Positions 1 to 8,096 of a DNA stretch of 58,137 nucleotides are shown one piece after another. This stretch comes from a virus. Each line of letters starts with the position of its first letter. Position 1 is the first letter of the stretch. The notes under the pieces are model-generated. The model made no database searches, had not been told where the DNA came from, and saw nothing but the letters and a program-made list of their open reading frames with translations. A program made the translations under genes and the position numbers. The stretch is taken from positions 1-58,137 of IMG/VR virus record IMGVR_UViG_3300045988_043439; one strand, given 5' to 3'.

Positions 1-77
1 CTTTTCTTTCGGCATCTCTACTAGCTTCTGCTCAATCCATTTAATATCCGCGTCAACTTCGCTTTGCGGCTGCTGGG
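1..77. repeat. Terminal direct repeat: 1-77 is identical to 58061-58137 (circular assembly overlap)
   Basis: Both ends read cttttctttcggcatctctactagcttctgctcaatcc...gctgctggg; an ORF runs seamlessly across the junction. Confidence 0.9.
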
Positions 78-294
78 GCGGGTTTTCTTTTTGCTCACCA
101 GAAACCAATGTATCCACGCTTGTTCCGAAATAAGAAGCTATCTTTTCAAGCGTCTCATATTTCAGGGTCTGCTTTCTACCGTTTTTCAAATCGGTCAAAG
201 ACCCACGGCTTGCGCCCGATTCCTTGCACATGGTGGTCACGTTTACTCCACGCTGCTTGCAGAGTTTTTCAATATTTTCGTACAAGTTTGCCAT
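1..294 (-). CDS. cI-like XRE-family HTH repressor (first 98 codons; continues across the junction to the stop at 58025; 109 aa in total)
   Basis: Minus-strand ATG at 294; MANLYENIEKLCKQRGVNVTTMCKESGASRGSLTDLKNGRKQTLKYETLEKIASYFG is a classic XRE HTH; divergent from the cro-like gene. Confidence 0.8.
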   Translation of the reverse strand, partial: MANLYENIEKLCKQRGVNVTTMCKESGASRGSLTDLKNGRKQTLKYETLEKIASYFGTSVDTLVSGEQKENPPQQPQSEVDADIKWIEQKLVEMPKEK

Positions 295-470
295 AATTCC
301 AGTCCTCGCATTGTAAGGTTTGCTGAAATTACGCGAACGCTTAAAAAAGCCTTGCATTTTACGCGAAAGCGTATTATACTAAGACCGTACCGCGAAGGCG
401 TAATGAATGATTTCTAGCAACTTCATTATATTACACTTATGCGTAAAAATCAATAGCCGGAGGTGAAATA
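295..470. promoter_or_regulatory. Divergent promoter/operator region of the lysogeny switch
   Basis: Three related sites, TACGCGAACGCTTA (330-343), TACGCGAAAGCGTA (360-373) and TACCGCGAAGGCGTA (388-402). Plus-strand TTGCAT (352)-17 nt-TATACT (375) overlaps the middle site. Confidence 0.55.
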
Positions 471-692
471 ATGGCTGAAAAAAAACCTCTGTGTGACTTT
501 GGCAAACAAATCGAGATTGCTCTTATCCAAAAAGACAAGACCAATGACTGGTTGATTGAAAAAGTCAAGGAGGATACCGGACGATATTTTGACCGCTCTT
601 ACCTTTTCAAGGTTAAAACTGGAAAGCTGGAAACGCCCGGCATCAAGAAAAGCATCTGCCGGATTTTGAATATTCGGGATTCGGGAGTGTAA
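471..692 (+). CDS. Cro-like small DNA-binding protein
   Basis: 73 aa, RBS GGAGGTG, first rightward gene opposite the repressor; function called from position. Confidence 0.5.
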   Translation: MAEKKPLCDFGKQIEIALIQKDKTNDWLIEKVKEDTGRYFDRSYLFKVKTGKLETPGIKKSICRILNIRDSGV

Positions 693-707
693 GAAGGGAG
701 AGAAAAA

Positions 708-1469
708 ATGGCAAACATTCAAGTTTTTGAATATCAGAACAGCAAAGTTCGCACGGTTGATATGGACGGCGAAGCATGGTTCGTTCTGAAAGACGTGTGC
801 GCTGTGCTTGGTATTAGCAATAACCGCATGGCTGCTGACCGATTAGATGATGACGAAAAGGGCGTCAGTCTGATTGACACCCTTGGCGGCAAACAGGAAA
901 TGGTGATTGTCAACGAAAGCGGTTTGTACCACGTCATCCTCCGCAGCGACAAGCCAGAAGCAGCACCATTCCGCAGATGGGTCACAAACGATGTACTTCC
1001 TGCAATCCGTAAGACCGGAAGCTACAACGCACCGCAGCTTACCCGCTCGCAGCTCCTTGCAACTGCACTGATCGCAGCGCATGAGGAACTGGAAGAGAAA
1101 GACAAGCAGATTGCAGAACTTACGCCGAAGGGTGTTTTTGCTGACGCAGTGAGCGCAAGCAGCCAAAGCATTCTTGTTGGTGAAATGGCAAAGCTGCTGT
1201 CACAGAACGGCATCCAGATGGGGCAGAATCGTTTGTTCTCATGGCTGCGTGAGAACGGGTACTTGATTAAAGACAAGAAGCGGACAGACTACAATATGCC
1301 GACCCAGAAGTCTATGGAACTTCGCTTGTTTGAAATCAAGGAAACGTCCATTGCGCATTCCGACGGGCACACTTCTATCAATAAGACCCCGAAGGTGACG
1401 GGTATCGGTCAGGTCTATTTCGTTAATCTCTTCTTAAAGACGGAGAAGAGCAAGAAAGTGGAGGACTGA
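708..1469 (+). CDS. Phage antirepressor (Bro-N domain plus KilAC/ANT-type C-terminal domain)
   Basis: N-terminus FEYQNSKVRTVDMDGEAWFVLKDVCAVLGI...NESGLYHVILRSDKPEAAPFRRWVTNDVLPAIRKTGSY is a Bro-N signature. Confidence 0.8.
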   Translation: MANIQVFEYQNSKVRTVDMDGEAWFVLKDVCAVLGISNNRMAADRLDDDEKGVSLIDTLGGKQEMVIVNESGLYHVILRSDKPEAAPFRRWVTNDVLPAIRKTGSYNAPQLTRSQLLATALIAAHEELEEKDKQIAELTPKGVFADAVSASSQSILVGEMAKLLSQNGIQMGQNRLFSWLRENGYLIKDKKRTDYNMPTQKSMELRLFEIKETSIAHSDGHTSINKTPKVTGIGQVYFVNLFLKTEKSKKVED

Positions 1470-1471
1470 AC

Positions 1472-1855
1472 ATGGAACAGATTATCACCTTAAAGGTTGA
1501 CCTTGAATACCCGGAAGAAGCGCACCACGCCATTGATGAGGCGACAAGGGCCTATGAAGCGGACAAGCTAAAGTGGACGGCAGAGGAACTTGCCGAAGCA
1601 AAGCATCTGGCAATGCAGATTATGCAGCAGCTGTGCTTGGATGGATACAGCATCAGTTGGTGCGAAGTTGAAAGCTACGGGCTTCATTCGATTAGCGTGT
1701 GGCTTGAATTGGAAGAGAGCAAAAGAACGAGCTGCACTTGCTCTATCTGCTCATCCAAGTGGGATGTTTGGATTGCCAAGTGCGTCTGCCTGTGTCGGAC
1801 TACCGGCAGGAACGTGCCTGAGTTCATCATCAAAAAGGCTGGTGAGTGCTGGTGA
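1472..1855 (+). CDS. Hypothetical protein
   Basis: 127-aa ORF packed directly after the antirepressor gene; no motif recognised. Confidence 0.45.
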   Translation: MEQIITLKVDLEYPEEAHHAIDEATRAYEADKLKWTAEELAEAKHLAMQIMQQLCLDGYSISWCEVESYGLHSISVWLELEESKRTSCTCSICSSKWDVWIAKCVCLCRTTGRNVPEFIIKKAGECW

Positions 1856-2037
1856 TGAAATTTCGTAAAGCGCAAAGCCACAAGCGCAGACTAAAGCTTG
1901 CAATGGCTGCTGGCGTGTCAAGAAACGATGCCAACAAGGTGCTGTGGATGGAGAAATCCATCAACCAGTGCTTTGAACGTCACAATCGGGAAGCCAGACT
2001 GAAAGAGGAGATGCAGCGTGGAAGAAAAGTACTGTGA
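1846..2037 (+). CDS. Hypothetical small basic protein
   Basis: 63-aa ORF overlapping its neighbours by a few nt. Confidence 0.3.
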   Translation: MLVMKFRKAQSHKRRLKLAMAAGVSRNDANKVLWMEKSINQCFERHNREARLKEEMQRGRKVL

Positions 2038-2428
2038 GCGCTGCGGTCTGTATCTTGGAGTGGTCAGACCGACAAGAAAGTACTGCTCAGAATGCAAGCG
2101 CAAGGTTGACAAAGAGCGTGACAGGAAGCACAAGAAAGCTGGAATTACATTCAAGCCCCGTAAGGCGTTCTGCGCATACTGCGGAAAGCCGATGCTGAAA
2201 AAAGTAGCATCACAGAAGTACCACAATGGATGCGCTAAGAAAGCCTACAACGCAAAGGCGAACCTGAACGCGAAGGCAGCGTACAAAATCAAACAGCAAG
2301 AAAACAAGAAGCTGGAAAAGACTTTTCCATCCATAGGAGAAGTTCAAGCCCTTGCGGACAAGCTGGGTAAACATTACGGCGAGGTATCGCAGATGCTTTC
2401 AACAGGGGAGTTGACCTATGAACGGTAG
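2018..2428 (+). CDS. Hypothetical zinc-ribbon protein
   Basis: GTG start; CERCG...CSEC and CAYCG CxxC pairs; lysine-rich tail. Confidence 0.5.
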   Translation: MEEKYCERCGLYLGVVRPTRKYCSECKRKVDKERDRKHKKAGITFKPRKAFCAYCGKPMLKKVASQKYHNGCAKKAYNAKANLNAKAAYKIKQQENKKLEKTFPSIGEVQALADKLGKHYGEVSQMLSTGELTYER

Positions 2429-2508
2429 ATACTACGGAAAGCGGGAAATCCGCTGGCACAGACGGGAGAAAGACCGGCTGGAACACATACATAATAGAAA
2501 GGACAAAG

Positions 2509-2700
2509 ATGAAAGCACTGGTAGAAATCGTCCTGATCTGGGGAATCGTCTTGGCACTGGTTCTCGCAGCGTTTCTTCTGAACTTCTGGCTGATTCACCG
2601 GATTGACCTTCTGGTTGGCGTAAACGCAACGCGTGCAATCATTGGCATCGGTGTTCTGATGGCAACCATCTGGATTTTTGGGCATTCAGTGAAAAGCTAA
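2509..2700 (+). CDS. Small membrane protein
   Basis: 63 aa with two hydrophobic helices (IVLIWGIVLALVLAAFLL, IIGIGVLMATIWIF). Confidence 0.5.
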   Translation: MKALVEIVLIWGIVLALVLAAFLLNFWLIHRIDLLVGVNATRAIIGIGVLMATIWIFGHSVKS

Positions 2701-2711
2701 GGAGAGAACAG

Positions 2712-2936
2712 ATGACACTGAAAGCAGCGCTTAAAAAGCGAAACATGAGCGCTCTTGAGCTTATTCACAGGAGTGGGCTGTCCGAGCAAACAGTTTACAA
2801 CATTACCAGCCCGAACAAAGAACCGTACAAGACTGGTGTTAAAACTGAAACACTTGCAAAAATAGCGCAGGTTCTGAACGCAACAATTGTGATAAACGGA
2901 AGAAAACCGTTTATGTTTGACATCATTTTGAACTAA
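2712..2936 (+). CDS. XRE-type HTH protein
   Basis: LKKRNMSALELIHRSGLSEQTVYNITS...ETLAKIAQVLNATI matches the HTH_XRE pattern. Confidence 0.6.
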   Translation: MTLKAALKKRNMSALELIHRSGLSEQTVYNITSPNKEPYKTGVKTETLAKIAQVLNATIVINGRKPFMFDIILN

Positions 2937-2945
2937 GGAGAACCA

Positions 2946-3209
2946 ATGAAAACTTTGAAAGGAATGGCGCTGTCCATGCTTGGTCTGGTCGCGGCTATTG
3001 CAGCAGTCGGATGCGGCGATGCGATTCAGGGCTGTCAGACCACAGCGCAGATGCTTGGCTGGGTAATCATATCCTGCGGGCTTCTCGCAACGGCTATCTT
3101 GCTGTGTGCGTTGGCAGTCAGCGAGGAGATGGACGAACGCAGCGAGCAAGAATGCCGCAAAATCAAGCGTGTAGCCCACCACACAAACGAGTGGAGGGAT
3201 GCACAATGA
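2946..3209 (+). CDS. Membrane protein
   Basis: Signal/TM segments MALSMLGLVAAIAAVGC and LGWVIISCGLLATAILLCALAV. Confidence 0.5.
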   Translation: MKTLKGMALSMLGLVAAIAAVGCGDAIQGCQTTAQMLGWVIISCGLLATAILLCALAVSEEMDERSEQECRKIKRVAHHTNEWRDAQ

Positions 3210-3400
3210 AATGCCCGATGTGCGGTAGCGACAACATCACAACAGTTGACAGCCGGCCTGAACACGACAGCATCACTCGACGCAAGAAGTGTCTTGTATG
3301 TAACTACCGGTGGTCTACCATCGAAATCGACAAAGACCAGTGGCACAGTGCGTTGCAAATCAAAGAGGAACGCAAGAGAGGGAGACCAAAAGATGATTAA
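3206..3400 (+). CDS. Zinc-ribbon protein resembling the NrdR N-terminal finger
   Basis: MKCPMCGSDNITTVDSRP...RRKKCLVCNYRWSTIE; ATGA start/stop overlap with the upstream gene. Confidence 0.55.
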   Translation: MKCPMCGSDNITTVDSRPEHDSITRRKKCLVCNYRWSTIEIDKDQWHSALQIKEERKRGRPKDD

Positions 3401-3587
3401 CCTTGACAGATTCGGTGGCGTGACCGAGCCGGAGGACGGCGTGTACTTTATGACCAACGAGCAGATGGCAGAAGCCAAAGAAGCTGACCGGCTGGCCGAG
3501 ATTGAGGACTTGCAGTCTGAAATCGAGGACAGGGAAGCGGAGTTGAAAGATCTCCGTGCACAGTTGGCGGAACTGATGGCTGGCTGA
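3393..3587 (+). CDS. Acidic coiled-coil protein
   Basis: 64 aa, EADRLAEIEDLQSEIEDREAELKDLRAQLAEL. Confidence 0.4.
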   Translation: MINLDRFGGVTEPEDGVYFMTNEQMAEAKEADRLAEIEDLQSEIEDREAELKDLRAQLAELMAG

Positions 3588-3622
3588 TTTTTGTACAGCC
3601 AAATTAAGCCAAAGTTAGAACA

Positions 3623-4264
3623 ATGAAGCCTAATGAAGCCGAAGAAAGGAAACGTATGGAGAACAGCAAAATCCATGAAGCTCTGATGGCTGTTCAGTCA
3701 GAGTTGAAAGCCCCAAAGGGGCAGATGAACACATTTGGCGGTTACAAGTATCGCTCTTGTGAGGACATTTTGGAAGCGGTTAAACCAATTTTGAAAGCAC
3801 ATGGTTTGCTTCTCACCCTTTCAGACGAGCCTAAAGTGTTTGAAGGGTGGCATTACATCGAAGCGACCGCGAAGGTGGAAGCTCTGGATGGTGAATGCGT
3901 AACAGTCACAGCTTACGCAAGAGAGCCGGAGCAAAAAACAAAGATGGACGCAGCGCAAGTGACTGGAACGTCTAGTAGCTACGCCAGAAAGTACGCTTTG
4001 AACGGCCTGTTCTGCATTGACGATACGAAGGACGCTGACACGGACGAGTACCAGAAGCAGACCGCAAGCAGGGCAAACAAGCCTGCGCAGAAGCAAACGG
4101 AAGCGGAAACCATCCCCCCATGCGCTTGCTGTGGAAAGCAGTTGCAGCCTATTCAGTACAACAACCGCACAGTCACTCCGCTGGAAACTGCAAGAAGCAC
4201 AAAGAAACGCTTTGGGCGCGTCCTGTGTTGGGACTGCGCTCAGAAACAGCCGAAGGAGGGCTAA
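3623..4264 (+). CDS. erf: ERF-family single-strand annealing recombinase with a C-terminal zinc ribbon (start may be the ATG at 3656)
   Basis: ALMAVQSELKAPKGQMNTFGGYKYRSCEDILEAVKPIL...VTGTSSSYARKYALNGLFCIDD is an ERF signature; sits upstream of ssb. Confidence 0.8.
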   Translation: MKPNEAEERKRMENSKIHEALMAVQSELKAPKGQMNTFGGYKYRSCEDILEAVKPILKAHGLLLTLSDEPKVFEGWHYIEATAKVEALDGECVTVTAYAREPEQKTKMDAAQVTGTSSSYARKYALNGLFCIDDTKDADTDEYQKQTASRANKPAQKQTEAETIPPCACCGKQLQPIQYNNRTVTPLETARSTKKRFGRVLCWDCAQKQPKEG

Positions 4265-4267
4265 ACA

Positions 4268-4687
4268 ATGCTTAACTCTATCGCAATTCAGGGACGTATG
4301 GTTCACACGCCAGAAGCTAAGGTCACGAAGTCTGGCAAGGATGTTTGTACGTTCAGCATTGCTTGCGACCGCCAGAGCGGCGGTCAGAAGGAAACCGACT
4401 TCTTCAACTGCACCTCATTTGGCAACACGGCATTGTTCGTTTCCAAATGGTTCCAGAAGGGCAGTCTGATTTTGGTGACTGGCAGCATCCAGACCCGGAA
4501 GTATACCGACAAGCAGGGAAACAACCGCACCGCAACGGAAATCATGGCAAACAAGGTTGACTTCTGCGGGGGCAAGTCGGACAGCAAACCCACTGATCGG
4601 GCGCAGGATGCACCGCAGAACTACTCTCAGGGCAACGCAGATGACTTCTCTGTGATTGACGACAGTTCTGATCTCCCTTTTGACTAA
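4268..4687 (+). CDS. ssb: Single-stranded DNA-binding protein
   Basis: OB-fold pattern MLNSIAIQGRMVHTPE...FFNCTSFGNTALFVSKWFQKGSLILVTGSIQTRKYTDKQGNNRTATEI and an acidic tip DDSSDLPF. Confidence 0.9.
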   Translation: MLNSIAIQGRMVHTPEAKVTKSGKDVCTFSIACDRQSGGQKETDFFNCTSFGNTALFVSKWFQKGSLILVTGSIQTRKYTDKQGNNRTATEIMANKVDFCGGKSDSKPTDRAQDAPQNYSQGNADDFSVIDDSSDLPFD

Positions 4688-4726
4688 CGGTTACGCTACC
4701 GGGACAAAAGGCGAGAAAGGAACACT

Positions 4727-5137
4727 ATGTTTTACCGTCCGAAAGTAGTTCGATGCCGCCTGAAAACTGGCGGGAAAAGCATCGAACAAATCAAAGAATC
4801 TCACAAGGGGCAAGGGCTGGTTTATCGGGATTTCGAAAGTCTCCAACAGATGTACGATGCTTTTTCTGGATTGATTGTTGAACTGTCCCTTTGGGACTAC
4901 GACAACCACGAAAGCTATCATCTCGAAAGCTGGAAGCCAGAAGATGATGAAAAAGTTATGATGGGCGTTTATTACGCAGAGCAAACGCATCCATTCCCTC
5001 GATATAAGAACGATTTTGAAAAGTTCAAAGCAGTTTGGGAAGAAAAGAAATATGAATGCGAAGGCGCATCTCTTGTTTTTGAGCCAGCAGATGTTGAAGA
5101 ACTTGAAACCATCTGCGAAGAAGTTTCTTCGTCCTGA
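4727..5137 (+). CDS. Hypothetical protein
   Basis: 136-aa ORF with RBS GAAAGGAA; no motif recognised. Confidence 0.5.
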   Translation: MFYRPKVVRCRLKTGGKSIEQIKESHKGQGLVYRDFESLQQMYDAFSGLIVELSLWDYDNHESYHLESWKPEDDEKVMMGVYYAEQTHPFPRYKNDFEKFKAVWEEKKYECEGASLVFEPADVEELETICEEVSSS

Positions 5138-5190
5138 CCGCCTACCTTATATAAGAGCTGCGCTATCTGGCTGGACGGGCGTTTGGAAAG

Positions 5191-6591
5191 ATGAAACACT
5201 TGGGCGACATTACAAAGATTCACGGCGACCAGATAGAGCCTGTGGACTGCATCACGTTCGGCAGTCCGTGTCAGGACTTGTCCATTGCTGGACGCAGGGC
5301 GGGACTTGCCGGAGAACGCTCTGGGTTGTTCATGGAAGCGGTTCGAATCATAAAAGAAATGAGGTCAAGCACAAATGGACTGTATCCAACTTTCGCTGTT
5401 TGGGAAAACGTGCCCGGAGCTTTCAGCTCCAATGGTGGAGAAGATTTCAGAGCCGTGCTGGAAGAACTTGCCCGCGTGGAACAGCCAGACGCTTCAATTC
5501 CTAGACCTCCGAGGGGGGGCAGATGGAGCAAAGCTGGAGCAATCGCCGGAAACGGATGGTCTCTGGCTTGGCGACAGCTCGATGCTCAATATTGGGGAGT
5601 TCCCCAACGCCGAAAGAGAATCGCTCTTGTCGTGGATTTTGGAGGACAACGTGCCGCAGAAATACTATTTGAGCGCACGAGCCTGTCAGGGAATCCTTGT
5701 GAGAGCATCCCGGCGTGGAAAACCTTTGCCCGAACTCCTGAAGCAAGCGTTGCTGGATATGATCGAATGGTGGAATCCGGGAACTCTATCACAGGTGATG
5801 CAGAAAGTGAAGGAACAGGAAGGTCTGGAGGAAAAGGAACTGGACGAGTATTGGAATCAGACCATCGAGAGACTTCGACTCGATGCACAGAACCCGCAGC
5901 CTACACTCTAAAAATCCGTTCTGGATGTGAGGGTGGCGGTAAAGGCGCTCTGGTTCAAACTGAATTGAGCGCAACGATTTCTACGTTGCAAGACCAGGCG
6001 TTGTTTCAGCCTGTTGTTTATGATGCTCGTGGAAACGGCGATGGAAAAATCGTACCGACCATTACAGGCGACCACGAAAACAGAATCACAGATTACACGG
6101 CTATTGTAATCGAACGCAAGACCTTCAACGAACAGTCGTTCAGCCACTACAAGGAAAGCGACAAATGCTCAACCTTGAAAGCGAAAGCAGGGAACATCGG
6201 CAATGGCAGCGAGTGCCTGATTGCAGAGAAAGCCATCCGCTGGATTGTTCGCCGCTTGACCCCTGTTGAATGTGAACGGCTACAAGGCTACCCGGACGGA
6301 TACACCGACATTGGTGACTGGACGGATAGCAAAGGAAAGAAGCACAAATACGCTGACAGCCCACGGTACAAGGCTCTAGGCAACTCAATCGCTTTGCCGC
6401 AGTGGTTTTGGTTGGTGCAGAAGATGCGCCCTTACCTAAAAGAAAAGCCTACACTGGGCAGTCTGTTCGATGGTCTGGGTGGTTTCCCTCTGGTCTGGCA
6501 AAGAGCATACGGCGAGGGCACTGCACGCTGGGCAAGCGAAATCGAAAGCTTCTGCGTAGCTGTAACAAAAAGGAGATTCGGCGAAGAATGA
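5191..6591 (+). CDS. DNA (cytosine-5) methyltransferase with non-canonical motif order (motif I/II at the C-terminus)
   Basis: GSPCQDLS (motif IV, 5260-5283), ENVPG (VI), QRRKR (VIII), RRLTPVECERLQGYP (IX), GNSIALP (X), then LFDGLGGF (motif I, about 6463-6486) and ASEIE (II). Confidence 0.85.
   Translation: MKHLGDITKIHGDQIEPVDCITFGSPCQDLSIAGRRAGLAGERSGLFMEAVRIIKEMRSSTNGLYPTFAVWENVPGAFSSNGGEDFRAVLEELARVEQPDASIPRPPRGGRWSKAGAIAGNGWSLAWRQLDAQYWGVPQRRKRIALVVDFGGQRAAEILFERTSLSGNPCESIPAWKTFARTPEASVAGYDRMVESGNSITGDAESEGTGRSGGKGTGRVLESDHRETSTRCTEPAAYTLKIRSGCEGGGKGALVQTELSATISTLQDQALFQPVVYDARGNGDGKIVPTITGDHENRITDYTAIVIERKTFNEQSFSHYKESDKCSTLKAKAGNIGNGSECLIAEKAIRWIVRRLTPVECERLQGYPDGYTDIGDWTDSKGKKHKYADSPRYKALGNSIALPQWFWLVQKMRPYLKEKPTLGSLFDGLGGFPLVWQRAYGEGTARWASEIESFCVAVTKRRFGEE
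5375..5911 (+). CDS. Overprinted 178-codon ORF in the +1 frame inside the methyltransferase gene (expression unproven)
   Basis: Stop-free through MTase motifs VI-VIII; the translation looks protein-like (EFPNAERESLLSWILEDNVPQKYYLSARACQGILVRASRRGKPLPELL). Confidence 0.3.
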   Translation: MDCIQLSLFGKTCPELSAPMVEKISEPCWKNLPAWNSQTLQFLDLRGGADGAKLEQSPETDGLWLGDSSMLNIGEFPNAERESLLSWILEDNVPQKYYLSARACQGILVRASRRGKPLPELLKQALLDMIEWWNPGTLSQVMQKVKEQEGLEEKELDEYWNQTIERLRLDAQNPQPTL

Positions 6592-6806
6592 TTACTTGTT
6601 GTCTCAACTGCACATCACGCCACCAAGCCTGTCACGACACCTGCGAGAAGTACAAGGCAGAGAAGAAAGACTTCGAGGAGCGCAAGGCGTTCGTGCATGA
6701 GCTGAACCACAGCCAGAGCGTGTACCACCGCAACTATGAGGACAAGCACCGAGAAAAAGAAAAGAAACGGTTTCTCGGAAGTGAATTTAGAGGTGAACGA
6801 GGATGA
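6588..6806 (+). CDS. Small Cys-rich protein
   Basis: MITCCLNCTSRHQACHDTCEKYK...; ATGA overlap with the MTase stop. Confidence 0.45.
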   Translation: MITCCLNCTSRHQACHDTCEKYKAEKKDFEERKAFVHELNHSQSVYHRNYEDKHREKEKKRFLGSEFRGERG

Positions 6807-7018
6807 ACGAATGGAGAGAGACAGCAAAGAACCTTCCGACAAAGGAAGACGGATTATTTGTGCTTTCTGTATATTTCTCTGAAAGCATGAATAAGTGGCG
6901 AATCTTACAGCAATATTGGGAGGTGGTCAAATTGTTTCCTGATGAGTACCCGTTTTGGATGCCAATGCCTGAGTTGCCTGAAATGTTATACCGAATCAAC
7001 AAAGGACTTCGTACATGA
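6803..7018 (+). CDS. Hypothetical protein (DUF551-like by eye)
   Basis: 71 aa, overlaps both neighbours by 4 nt; W/P pattern ...FPDEYPFWMPMPELPE. Confidence 0.4.
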   Translation: MNEWRETAKNLPTKEDGLFVLSVYFSESMNKWRILQQYWEVVKLFPDEYPFWMPMPELPEMLYRINKGLRT

Positions 7019-7548
7019 ACACCGGCAAGCAGTTTGAAGCGGACTTCAAGGCATCCATCCCATCCGATGCGTGGTGCTACCGCCTGAAAGACAGTGCTAC
7101 CACCTACTACGGCGGCAACGAGAACCTGTCCTTTTCCATCGACAACATCTGCGACTTCCTTGTGTACCGTTACCCGATGAACCACCTATTTGAGCTGAAA
7201 ACCATTGAAACGCCCTCTATCCCTCTTGAAAAGGTGTTCGGCAAATACGACAAGGCAAAGTGCAAATACCGCAAGGAAAAGCACATCACAGATATGGTGG
7301 AAGCAATGGGGTACAGCGGTCAGACCGCCCATGTGATAGTCAATTACAGGGCGGTCAGCCGCACCTTTGCAATCCCTGCCAGCAAAGTTCTGGCGTTCCG
7401 CTATAACGAGAGCCGTAAGAGCATCCCTTGGCAGTGGGCAGAGCAAGAGGGGATAGAGGTCAAAGCAAAAAGGCTGCGTGTCCATTGGCGGTATGACGTG
7501 GACGGGCTGCTAAAGAGATTGGAGAAAGAACATGAAAAAATGGACTAA
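7015..7548 (+). CDS. PD-(D/E)XK nuclease, RecU-like Holliday-junction resolvase
   Basis: GKQFEADFKASIP...DFLVYRY...LFELKT matches the D...E-x-K arrangement and RecU-like layout; lies in the recombination module. Confidence 0.5.
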   Translation: MNTGKQFEADFKASIPSDAWCYRLKDSATTYYGGNENLSFSIDNICDFLVYRYPMNHLFELKTIETPSIPLEKVFGKYDKAKCKYRKEKHITDMVEAMGYSGQTAHVIVNYRAVSRTFAIPASKVLAFRYNESRKSIPWQWAEQEGIEVKAKRLRVHWRYDVDGLLKRLEKEHEKMD

Positions 7549-7933
7549 AAAACTTCTAGAAGAAAGCGGCTATGAAATCAAAAACGCACGAATTGAAAGC
7601 GTTCGACTTACTATGGCAGACCACGGGGTTTTAACTTCCGATTTAGTACTTAATGGTCATGGATGGGGCGTTTGCTATGGTGGGTATGTTCTCGGCAAGG
7701 GGTATCTTGGAAGCAAAGACTTTGAGGGATACGGCTCTGGCATGGAAGCAATTATGCGAATCATGGACACGGTTGGCGTTGAGGAATACGGTCAAATGAA
7801 AGGCAAATATGTTCGTGTCGCTACAAAAGGGCTTGGAAGTTCTGTGAGAATCATCGGAAACATTTTGGACGATAAGTGGTTTGACTACGAATCTTTCTTT
7901 GCGGATAAAAAGAATGAAGAAGATGAACATTAA
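7532..7933 (+). CDS. Hypothetical protein
   Basis: 133-aa ORF, translationally coupled to its neighbours. Confidence 0.5.
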   Translation: MKKWTKKLLEESGYEIKNARIESVRLTMADHGVLTSDLVLNGHGWGVCYGGYVLGKGYLGSKDFEGYGSGMEAIMRIMDTVGVEEYGQMKGKYVRVATKGLGSSVRIIGNILDDKWFDYESFFADKKNEEDEH

Positions 7934-8096
7934 GTGTGACAGATGCGGTGAAACATTTGATTTGAGAGATTACACAATGCTTTCAAACATTCAAATGACC
8001 GTGAGTAGCATCGGGTGTCCACAAGAATACGAGTTCAACCTTTGCCCCTATTGCATGGCAAAGCTGAACGACTGGCTGAAAGGAGAACAGAAGTGA
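7914..8096 (+). CDS. Small zinc-ribbon protein
   Basis: MKKMNIKCDRCGE...FNLCPYCMAKL. Confidence 0.45.
   Translation: MKKMNIKCDRCGETFDLRDYTMLSNIQMTVSSIGCPQEYEFNLCPYCMAKLNDWLKGEQK

Noticed and set aside
1-77. True terminal repeat (DTR/cos) of the virion DNA
   Set aside because: The sequence alone cannot separate this from an assembler overlap. The repeat falls inside the repressor coding sequence, an unlikely place for packaging ends. I therefore treat it as a circularisation artefact.
5016-5504. 162-aa ORF in the third frame, overlapping the end of 4727-5137 and the start of the MTase
   Set aside because: Its translation is Arg/Ser/Gly/Trp-rich junk (…RRRFQSRAGRTCPRGTARRFNS) with no motif I or other MTase motif. 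It is noted only as evidence that local composition disfavors stop codons.
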